Assembly: GCA_049599895.1 (NCBI GenBank)
Contig: JBMYPC010000110.1
Location: 1-10,325, forward strand
Source: Bacteriovoracaceae bacterium
Lineage (GTDB): Bacteria; Bdellovibrionota; Bacteriovoracia; Bacteriovoracales; Bacteriovoracaceae
Direction: 5' to 3'
DNA length: 10,325 bases
This document shows, piece after piece, positions 1 to 7,401 of this stretch. The notes under the pieces were generated by a model, which worked only from the letters and a program-made list of their open reading frames with translations, had not been told where the DNA came from and did no database searches. A program made the translations under genes and the position numbers. How positions within the stretch are numbered: position 1 is the stretch's first letter; each line of letters opens with the position of its first letter.

Positions 1-37
1 GCGCAATGTTAAATTATTGATATTATAGGAAAATTTT

Positions 38-1483
38 ATGTTAAGAGGGATGCTCCCAATTCTCACTATTGTCATATCTCATTTTGCACTTGCTCAAGTG
101 ACGGAAGAGAACCGCTCTCGTTATGAGCAGATTGAATTTTTAAAATCTGCCTGCGATCGAAAAGAGTATGCCAATTGCTATCAACTTGCACTTAAATATC
201 TCGAAGATGAATCTGCTCAAGGAATTCTTTTAAGAGAAGCTGAAGACAAAGAATTTCTAAAGCTTGAGATTGCAGCAGATAAGTTGGAGCAAGTTAAAAA
301 AACTTATCGAAATGAAGGCTTTCGAAAAATTAAAAATGATCAAGGTGAAATTGTTAACTCTGATCAAAAAATCTATCGACTCAAAGACAGTGCTCTAGAG
401 TTCTTTGGAAACCGTTTGTTGTATCTTAGCTGTGTCAATGCCGAGAAATATTCTTGTCTGCGAATTTCTGATGATTGTGCCAATGATAATTCTGAAGCTT
501 GCAAGAACCGTGAAAATGCAATGAAAAAATCTGATCGTGCAAGTGAGATGATTCTTGAGCATGAATCACAAAGAGACAGCACGCTTATTTACTGGGGAGC
601 GATCCTCTTTTTAGGAATTGCGGCTTTTCTTATTGCTCGAAATATTTTTCAAGATGAAGATGAGTTTCAGACAACTGAAAAACTTGAAGAATCAGCTGGC
701 AAAAAAGATGAAATCGCAAAACATGGAATCGTTTTAAAATATTCAAGACCATTTTTTAAGCGATATGTTTCTCCTATTGTTCAAGGAATGAAAGGCAAGA
801 AAAAGATTCGTGAAAAGTATAAAAGAAAACTGGCAAGTGCAGGACTTACTTCGGTACTTACTCCAGAGGACTTTTATTCATTTAAAATCTTTTTGATTCT
901 TGGGTTTCCTCTTCTTTATTATTTTCTGAAAGTCTTTATGGAAATGGATTGGCCAATTGAATATATTCCAGCAGCAGCGATTGTGGGTTTTTATTATCCT
1001 GATCTGTGGATTCAAGGAAAGATTGCTCAAAGACAAAAAGAAGTGATGGCGGCAATGCCATTTTGTGTGGATATGCTGGCCCTTTCTGTTGAAGCAGGTC
1101 TTGATTTTGTCGCCGCAATGACAAAGGTGATTGAGAAAGCAAGAAAAACGGCTCTTTCAGAAGAGTTTGAAATTATGATTAAAGAAATTCGAATCGGAGC
1201 TTCCCGGGCTGAGGCCTTAAGAAATATGGCCTGGAGAATTGATATGATTCAGGTTTCATCATTCTCAGCAACGTTAATTGCATCAGACTCTGTTGGTGCT
1301 CCTATTGGCCCAATCCTTAAGTCATTATCGCAAGAAATTCGAAATAAACGTTCATCAGATGTTGAAAAAGCTGGAGCGACGGCTGCTACGAAAATACTTA
1401 TTCCCATGATTTTCTTTATAGTGCCATCAGTTCTTGCGGTGATTATGGGGCCAGTTGTGGTGGATTATATAACAAATCAGTAG
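38..1483 (+). CDS. tadC: TadC-like (type II secretion system F family) Tad/Flp pilus inner-membrane platform protein with an extra N-terminal signal peptide and Cys-rich periplasmic domain
   Basis: The C-terminal ~300 aa have typical TadC layout and motifs: TM LIYWGAILFLGIAAFLIA; KLASAG...TPEDF; paired TMs ending GFYYPDLWI; RQKEVMAAMPFCVDMLALSVEAGLDFVAAM; GASRAEAL; GAPIGPILKSLSQEIRNKR; final TM KILIPMIFFIVPSVLAVIMGP. The N-terminus MLRGMLPILTIVISHFALA-Q resembles a Sec signal peptide with an A-x-A cleavage site. RBS-like AGGA at 27-30. Confidence 0.85.
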   Translation: MLRGMLPILTIVISHFALAQVTEENRSRYEQIEFLKSACDRKEYANCYQLALKYLEDESAQGILLREAEDKEFLKLEIAADKLEQVKKTYRNEGFRKIKNDQGEIVNSDQKIYRLKDSALEFFGNRLLYLSCVNAEKYSCLRISDDCANDNSEACKNRENAMKKSDRASEMILEHESQRDSTLIYWGAILFLGIAAFLIARNIFQDEDEFQTTEKLEESAGKKDEIAKHGIVLKYSRPFFKRYVSPIVQGMKGKKKIREKYKRKLASAGLTSVLTPEDFYSFKIFLILGFPLLYYFLKVFMEMDWPIEYIPAAAIVGFYYPDLWIQGKIAQRQKEVMAAMPFCVDMLALSVEAGLDFVAAMTKVIEKARKTALSEEFEIMIKEIRIGASRAEALRNMAWRIDMIQVSSFSATLIASDSVGAPIGPILKSLSQEIRNKRSSDVEKAGATAATKILIPMIFFIVPSVLAVIMGPVVVDYITNQ

Positions 1484-1490
1484 GGTTAGG

Positions 1491-1841
1491 ATGGGTCAGT
1501 ACTTAAAGATAAGAAAAAATGGCAATCCCCTTTATAATAAGGTGAGACATGCCAAAAGCTTTACTGAAAGGGCCTTTGGGCTAATGTTTAAGGAATCGAT
1601 GGAAGATATGGATGCACTTTTAATTGAACCATGTCGATCGATTCATACATTTTTTATGAAGTTTGATATCGACGTTGTTTTTTTAAATCGAAAAAATGAG
1701 GTCGTAAAAATAATCAGAAATTTCAGACCATGGAGAGCTACTCCAATTTATTTTAAAAGTAATAAGGTCTTGGAGTTTCTTGGGGGGACACTCAACTCGG
1801 AAATTGAAATCGGAGATGAGTTAGAAATTATTTATGTATAA
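1491..1841 (+). CDS. DUF192 family protein (short form, no signal peptide)
   Basis: Family-typical motifs SFTERAFGLM, LLIEPCRSIHTFFMKFDIDVVFLN, VLEF.GG and IEIGDEL. Lies 7 bp after the tadC stop. Confidence 0.85.
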   Translation: MGQYLKIRKNGNPLYNKVRHAKSFTERAFGLMFKESMEDMDALLIEPCRSIHTFFMKFDIDVVFLNRKNEVVKIIRNFRPWRATPIYFKSNKVLEFLGGTLNSEIEIGDELEIIYV

Positions 1842-3393
1842 GTTAGTTGCAGTTGCAGGAAAAATAAGAGGTCAAGAATTTGAACTCCAAAATGGAGAGA
1901 ACGTTCTTGGTCGAGATGGTGGGGCTGATATTCAGATTCCGATTCAGGGTGTTTCAAAAAAACATTTTTCAATCACGGTGACAGACGATGTTGCCTATAT
2001 CAAAGATCTTGGAAGTTCTAATGGAACTTTTGTGAATGGTAAATCAACAAAAAGGGCCACCGTTAAAAATGGTGATAAGATCGCTCTTCCTGACGTCATT
2101 CTTCAAGTTGTTCACGTTAAAGAGAAAAAAATTGTCGTTAAGAAAAGAGTGAAAAAAGAAGATGATGGACCAGAAGATTTTCTGACTCCTAGTGCTCCTC
2201 CAAGTAATTTGGGCCAAAGAGTACTTCACCTTTTTAAGTATAAATTCATGCCTATTATCCATGGCATTAATGAAGAGTATGAATGGCGAGCCTTGATTGG
2301 AATTTTTATCACTGTATTTGTCATCATTAATGTCACTTTGACCATTCTCCCGATTCTTTCTGACAGCAAAACGTTGCTTCTTAATGAAGTAGCGAGACGG
2401 GGAAGTCAGTATGCAGATGAAATTAGTCGTACAAACTATCGTGCGCTTGAACAGGGAAAACTTGATCAAGTAAACACAGCTTTTCTTGAGAATGACGAGA
2501 GCGTTGATAGCTACGAGCTTTTTGATCTTGAAGGCCGAATTGTTTCTCCTATCAGCAAAAGAAATGAATACATCAATGATCCTTTTTCTGCCGAGATCCT
2601 TAATTGGGCAAAAGGTGTAACAAAAAAAGATAGTCGGAAGAAGCTTTTGGAAGGTGGGAGAATTATTGGGATTGGTAAAAAAATCTTGGCCTTCAATGCT
2701 AAAACGGGCTCAACCGAACCTGTTGGGCTTATTGTGATTAAGTTTGCTCCAAAGTCACTTGTCCAAGAGGCAGCGAATAGTTCAAATGCTTATTTTGAAT
2801 CTTTGGTGACATCATTCATTGTTGCGGTGATTTTCTTTGGCATCGTTTATTATCTGACTCTAAGGCCGATTGAGGAAATTAAGTTTCAAATTGAAGAAGC
2901 TGTAAGAGGAAAAAGGCGATCAGTTGAAGGACGACTTCTTATGGGAGAATTGAGTTCTTTAAAAGATACTGTAAACTCCATCATTCAAAGATGGCGTGAA
3001 GCTTCGAAATCAGATCAAGAAAACGAATTTATGGATGAAGAGAGTGATGAAACTTATGTTGCTCATCTTCAAGAGTTTTTAGTTGGGGCAGGTGTTCCGG
3101 CACTTGTATTAAATTCAAATAAAGAACTTGCGGCGATTAATCAGCTTGGAGAAGACTTAACAACGATTCGCCAAAGCACTTCAATTGGAGAGTCGTTATT
3201 AAATTGTGCTCGTGAAAAAGGTTTTGCTGCAACAATTATTGAACTCTGTGATCAATCAGGAAATAACGCAGGTACAGTTCAATCAGGTGATTATAAAATT
3301 CAAGGACATGAATATGAAGTTCATGTGGTCTCATTAATAGGAAAAGATAATTTTGCGAAGGCATTTTATGTCACGCTATTAAGAGAGGAATAA
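1834..3393 (+). CDS. Membrane sensor-like protein: FHA - TM - periplasmic Cache/PAS-like domain - TM - HAMP - PAS-like domain, with no catalytic output domain
   Basis: FHA at aa ~1-95 with intact LGR, SKKH and SSNGT motifs. TM1 at aa ~153-175 and TM2 at aa ~324-343. The periplasmic region contains YELFDLEGRIVS and VGLIVIKF (Cache-like strands). HAMP-like RPIEEIKFQIEEAVRG...ELSSLKDTVNSIIQRW. C-terminal PAS-like VPALVLNSNKELAAINQ...IGESL...FYVTL. The start overlaps the DUF192 end by 8 bp. Confidence 0.8.
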   Translation: MYKLVAVAGKIRGQEFELQNGENVLGRDGGADIQIPIQGVSKKHFSITVTDDVAYIKDLGSSNGTFVNGKSTKRATVKNGDKIALPDVILQVVHVKEKKIVVKKRVKKEDDGPEDFLTPSAPPSNLGQRVLHLFKYKFMPIIHGINEEYEWRALIGIFITVFVIINVTLTILPILSDSKTLLLNEVARRGSQYADEISRTNYRALEQGKLDQVNTAFLENDESVDSYELFDLEGRIVSPISKRNEYINDPFSAEILNWAKGVTKKDSRKKLLEGGRIIGIGKKILAFNAKTGSTEPVGLIVIKFAPKSLVQEAANSSNAYFESLVTSFIVAVIFFGIVYYLTLRPIEEIKFQIEEAVRGKRRSVEGRLLMGELSSLKDTVNSIIQRWREASKSDQENEFMDEESDETYVAHLQEFLVGAGVPALVLNSNKELAAINQLGEDLTTIRQSTSIGESLLNCAREKGFAATIIELCDQSGNNAGTVQSGDYKIQGHEYEVHVVSLIGKDNFAKAFYVTLLREE

Positions 3394-3414
3394 TTTGAAA
3401 GGTTAGAGGGCTAG

Positions 3415-4440
3415 ATGGCCGCAAATGAAGCGAAAGTTAAAATCATTAAAGGATTTAAAGTTCCGAATAGAAAAGGGAGCTTCCATCGCTTATTGTGTCT
3501 AACTGGAAAAAACAAAGGTCTTTCTTATTATCTTCAATCTAATCGAATCATCCTTGGTCGTTCCAATACCGTTGATATCCAAATTGCAGATGTAAAGTCA
3601 TCAAGAGAGCATGCAGAATTAAAGCTCTTTAAAAATGGTTATGTTATTTCGGATCTTGGTTCGCAAAATGGTGTCATCGTCAATGATCTTAAGATTGCTC
3701 AACATCAACTTGTCAATGGCGACAAAATAATAATTGGTCAAACTGTTTATAAATACGACCTGATTGTAAATGAAAAACCTGAACTCTCTCTTGTGAAATC
3801 GACTGATTCTATTGCTTCAGGGAAAAAGGCATCTTCTCAAAATGAAGAAGAAGATGATGAAGCAGAGAACACTCAAGATAAAGAAAAAGTGAATAAAAGA
3901 ATTGCGATTATTGCAATTCTTGGAATTGTTGCTTGGTTCATGTTGGGAGGAGATGAGGAGACTTCTCAGAAAAAGCGGATTAAAGGAAAGGCAGCTGCTC
4001 CTGAAATTCGAGACAACTTTGCTGAAAAATTAAAAGCCAAAAAACGAGAAGATGATCAGGAACAGGCCAAAAAACTTCAAGTGATTATTGGAAGAGGACT
4101 TCGAGAATATAGAGAAGAGAATTATTTTCGTGCGATTAATGAATTCAACTTGGCATTGATTATTGATCCTAATAATAGTCGAGCACGATTTTATCGAGAT
4201 AAAACTCAACAAAGTTTACACGATGAGATCGATACTTATTTGCAAAAAGGTCAGCAAGAGATTGATGCGAATAAGTTCAATAAAGCGAAGGTGAGTTATT
4301 GCGAGATCGTACGGTTGCTTCAAAACTTCCCAGAAGATCCCAGCTATAAGAGTGCTCTTGAAAAACTTGCAGATATTGAAACGGAACTTGGTTTAGAAAA
4401 AGGTGAAATTGACTGTTTTAATAAGTCTAATGGTAAATGA
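3415..4440 (+). CDS. FHA - single TM - periplasmic TPR protein
   Basis: FHA at aa ~24-115 (LGRS, SSREH, SQNG, GDKIIIG). An acidic patch and basic cluster precede TM IAIIAILGIVAWFML (aa 163-177). TPR-like GLREYREENYFRAINEFNLALIIDPNNSRA. RBS-like GAGGG at 3406-3410. Confidence 0.8.
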   Translation: MAANEAKVKIIKGFKVPNRKGSFHRLLCLTGKNKGLSYYLQSNRIILGRSNTVDIQIADVKSSREHAELKLFKNGYVISDLGSQNGVIVNDLKIAQHQLVNGDKIIIGQTVYKYDLIVNEKPELSLVKSTDSIASGKKASSQNEEEDDEAENTQDKEKVNKRIAIIAILGIVAWFMLGGDEETSQKKRIKGKAAAPEIRDNFAEKLKAKKREDDQEQAKKLQVIIGRGLREYREENYFRAINEFNLALIIDPNNSRARFYRDKTQQSLHDEIDTYLQKGQQEIDANKFNKAKVSYCEIVRLLQNFPEDPSYKSALEKLADIETELGLEKGEIDCFNKSNGK

Positions 4441-4465
4441 TTTTAAACCAGTATCGCTGTATACT
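4437..4465 (+). promoter_or_regulatory. Possible internal promoter upstream of the dual-FHA gene
   Basis: TATACT (4460-4465) with a weak ATGATT 17 bp upstream (4437-4442), in a 51-bp gap. Overlaps a short inverted repeat AGTAT-N6-ATACT (4450-4465). Confidence 0.25.
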
Positions 4466-4491
4466 AATGTTAAGGGGTTAAAAAGAAAAAT

Positions 4492-6678
4492 ATGAGAGTC
4501 GAAGTCAACAGACATAACAAAAGTGTAGAAAGGGTGGATCTTTCTCCTTTTACTCTTAATGAAAATGGAGATGTCTGTTTCGTTCTTGGACGATCTGATA
4601 AGGCCTTAATCCAACTTGATGACCGACAAGTCTCTCGAGAGCATGCTCATATATTTATTGAAAGCGGTTATTGGAAAATTAAAACTCTTAAAGATCCAAT
4701 CATTTTAAACGGCATTGAAATTCGTGAGGGAAATCTTGAAAATGGAGATCAACTTACCGTTGGTCCTTATAATCTGGTTTTTGCGATTGATGGTGAAGAA
4801 GCACAAAAGTTAAAAAGTGAAGTTAAGGAATCACCTGCGCTGACCCCTATGCCAACTGTTGAAGAAGGAGCAACTGAAACAAATCTTTCTTCAGCTCCAA
4901 AGTCCGTTGAAACAGAAGCAATGCAGACTGAGACAGAAACTTCAGATGATGATTTTCAAGGTGATCAAGAAAATTTTAATTTTGATAATCAAGAAGGATC
5001 TGATTTTTCCAGCGAGGAATTTTCAACAGGTGAGGAGCATGGTTCTTCAGCGGAGTACTCCGAAGACTATAGTGAAGATGGCTATAATGAGTTCGACGAC
5101 TACAATGATGGAATGGAAGTTGACTCCTATGAAGATAGTGGGGATAAAACAACGGTCGCAGGAGGTTTTGCCAAATATTTTCTTGAAATCGTTGGTGAAT
5201 ACGCCCCCTATGATCATTATACCCTTGAAGATAATTCTGAAGTTGTCATTGGAAGACATCCTGATAAGTGTGAAGTTGTTCTAAGTGATCCAGAAGTTTC
5301 CAGTGCTCATGCAAAAGTTGTGAGAAAAGGGACCGATATTTCGATTGAAGATCTTAACTCTGGAAATGGAACACTTGTTAATGGCGAAAGAATAAATAAA
5401 ATTTCTCTTACAAATGGTGATGAAGTTCTCATTGGTAGCACTTCATTTTCATTAAAGGTTAAAAGTTCATTTTTAAAAGAACAGGCGCAATCCTTAATGC
5501 CTGTTGAAGAGAACCAAGAAATAGAAGTCGAAGAGCTCGTTGAAATTGATGAGGATCTTGAAGAAGGTCTTGCTGAAGGAGAGGATTTCGGTGGAGTTGA
5601 GCTTGAGCAAGAGAACTCTATTATTAAAAAATATTGGAATGACCCTAAAAAAAGAAAGATTATTATTGTTTTAGGGGCGCTCTTTGCTGTTTTAATGCTT
5701 TTACCAGATGATGAACCCACGAAAAACACTGCAAGAAAAGCTCCTAAAAAGGCAACACCTCAAGAAACTGAGGAGTCGAGAAAAAGAAAAGAAAAAATTC
5801 GCGAACAATTGAAACTTGCCAGAGAGATGGCCGAAAGCCAGGAATATGAACAAGCCTTAAAAGTGATTGAGGGTGTTCTTCTTATCGATTCAAAAAATGG
5901 TGAAGCTCTCACTCTTAAACAAACAATTCAAGAACGTTTTGCTGAAATCGAGGCCAATCAAAGAAGACTAAGAGAAGAAGAGCAAAAAAGAATTCGAAAA
6001 GAAAAGATCGCAAAATATGTGGAAGAGGCAAAAGAACTTCTAAAAAATCGAGAAGAAAGAATGTTTAATGCCAAAATTGATCAAATTAAAGAGCTTGATC
6101 CTAATAATTACGACATCGAACCTCTCGTGATGGAAATGAAAGCATGGCGAGAGGAACAAGATAAAATTGCGATTGAAAAGGCACAAAAGAAAGCTGAGCG
6201 AGACCGACAAGAAAAAGCTTTTAAGCCTGCCCAGCGCTACTATGATGATGAAGACTGGTACCGTGCGATTTTAAAGCTTGAGTCTTTCCTCGATAAAGAA
6301 AACCCTGATGATGATCTTAAAGACAAAGCACAAAAGATGTTAACTGAATCAAAGAATAGATTAAAGAGCCTTGTTTCTCCACTTGAAGGAAAGGCAAAGT
6401 CGCTTCTTGAAGGGCAGGATCTTAAAGGGGCATATGAAGCCTATAATGAAATTTTAAAGTATGACCCGACTCATAGAGTGGCTTTAAATGAAATGAATCG
6501 TATTCGAGAGGTTCTAAGTATCCGCTCTAAAAAAGTTTATCGAGAGGCGATTGTCTCTGAGAGTTTAAGCCTCTTTGATGAAGCCAAAGAAAAGTTTCAA
6601 GAAGTTCAGCAAATTTCTCCTTCTGATAGTGAATACTATAAAAAGGCTACAGAAAAGCTTAAGGAGTATATTGATTAA
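4492..6678 (+). CDS. Dual-FHA - acidic disordered linker - single TM - periplasmic coiled-coil/TPR protein
   Basis: FHA1 at aa ~1-100 (LGRS, SREH; lacks the SxNGT motif). FHA2 at aa ~229-323 (IGRH, SSAH, SGNGT). TM IIIVLGALFAVLMLL (aa 390-404) follows KKRK. TPR-like repeats QEYEQALKVIEGVLLIDSKNGEA, EDWYRAILKLESFL, QDLKGAYEAYNEILKYDPTHRVA and FDEAKEKFQEVQQISP. Confidence 0.8.
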   Translation: MRVEVNRHNKSVERVDLSPFTLNENGDVCFVLGRSDKALIQLDDRQVSREHAHIFIESGYWKIKTLKDPIILNGIEIREGNLENGDQLTVGPYNLVFAIDGEEAQKLKSEVKESPALTPMPTVEEGATETNLSSAPKSVETEAMQTETETSDDDFQGDQENFNFDNQEGSDFSSEEFSTGEEHGSSAEYSEDYSEDGYNEFDDYNDGMEVDSYEDSGDKTTVAGGFAKYFLEIVGEYAPYDHYTLEDNSEVVIGRHPDKCEVVLSDPEVSSAHAKVVRKGTDISIEDLNSGNGTLVNGERINKISLTNGDEVLIGSTSFSLKVKSSFLKEQAQSLMPVEENQEIEVEELVEIDEDLEEGLAEGEDFGGVELEQENSIIKKYWNDPKKRKIIIVLGALFAVLMLLPDDEPTKNTARKAPKKATPQETEESRKRKEKIREQLKLAREMAESQEYEQALKVIEGVLLIDSKNGEALTLKQTIQERFAEIEANQRRLREEEQKRIRKEKIAKYVEEAKELLKNREERMFNAKIDQIKELDPNNYDIEPLVMEMKAWREEQDKIAIEKAQKKAERDRQEKAFKPAQRYYDDEDWYRAILKLESFLDKENPDDDLKDKAQKMLTESKNRLKSLVSPLEGKAKSLLEGQDLKGAYEAYNEILKYDPTHRVALNEMNRIREVLSIRSKKVYREAIVSESLSLFDEAKEKFQEVQQISPSDSEYYKKATEKLKEYID

Positions 6679-7400
6679 TGAGTCTTTTAAAATCTTATCA
6701 TTATAGTTCTCACCAAGGACCTTTTTTAAAAATCAATGAAGACTCAGTTGAATGTGATGTTTCCACTAACCTCTATCTTCTTATCGATGCTTTTGGAGGT
6801 CAGGGAATAGGTGATAAAATTTGTGATTTTGTGAAAACAGAATTTAGAAGGTTTTATCATAATCTTACGGATGACCCTGATTCAACTCTGCCTTTTTATT
6901 ATAATCCTCTTTATAGCATTGAATCCAATGCCTTAGTGAATGCGACAAAAAGGGTGAGTGAGCATGTTTGGAAACAAAATCAAAAAGAAAATCCAAGGTT
7001 TTCTGGAGGTCTGTCTTTAACAGCACTTTCAATTGATGGGCTGCACGCTCATCTTTGCTCTGTTGGAGCGAACCTTGTGATTCATTACCGAGATAATAAT
7101 ATTCATTTTCTCAATGCTCCTGAAAAAGAACTTAGCTTTAACTTTCGACATGGAGTGAACCCTGTTCTTAATGCCATTGGTCTCACTGCTGATCCGGAAC
7201 TCTCGATTAGAGATTTTTTTCTAAGAGAGGGAGATAAGCTGATTATTTTATCAGATGGGATTTACGAGAGGCTTTCTTGGGGAGATCTTAAAGAAACCAT
7301 TACTTGTTATCATTACAATGATGTCATCGAAGTTTTGACAAATCTTGCCAATGATAAAGGCAACAGAGATAACCAGTCAGGCATCGTTCTTTGTTTCTAA
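6678..7400 (+). CDS. PP2C/PPM-family Ser/Thr phosphatase-like protein with degenerate active-site motifs
   Basis: Recognisable PPM motifs in the expected order: SHQG....NED, LYLLIDAFGG, CSVGAN (canonical VGDS), NAIG, GDKLIILSDGI and GNRDNQSGIVL. The start overlaps the upstream stop (TAATG at 6676-6680), consistent with translational coupling. Confidence 0.75.
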   Translation: MSLLKSYHYSSHQGPFLKINEDSVECDVSTNLYLLIDAFGGQGIGDKICDFVKTEFRRFYHNLTDDPDSTLPFYYNPLYSIESNALVNATKRVSEHVWKQNQKENPRFSGGLSLTALSIDGLHAHLCSVGANLVIHYRDNNIHFLNAPEKELSFNFRHGVNPVLNAIGLTADPELSIRDFFLREGDKLIILSDGIYERLSWGDLKETITCYHYNDVIEVLTNLANDKGNRDNQSGIVLCF

Positions 7401-7401
7401 A

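Noticed and set aside
18..26. Extended -10-like TGATATTAT upstream of tadC
   Set aside because: It would place the transcription start downstream of the AGGA RBS, only about 5 nt before the ATG, and the upstream context is cut off by the window edge.
2044..2696. Antisense ORFs 2044-2469 and 2511-2696 (likewise 373-582, 936-1142, 4030-4212, 5047-5259, 5307-5729, 8504-8686, 8683-8877)
   Set aside because: All lie wholly opposite well-supported genes and have F/S/I-rich shadow composition with no motifs.
6..4473. Recurrent ATGTTAA (6-12, 38-44, 4467-4473; also reverse strand 9647-9653) and GGTTA/AGTTA near several start codons
   Set aside because: Short AT-rich words expected several times by chance in 10 kb, with inconsistent spacing to the starts. 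Not supportable as a regulatory motif without comparative data.
4859..5284. 141-aa alternative-frame + strand ORF inside the dual-FHA gene
   Set aside because: Its K/M/I/L-rich composition is what a shifted reading of GAA/GAT-rich acidic codons produces. No RBS or recognisable domain.
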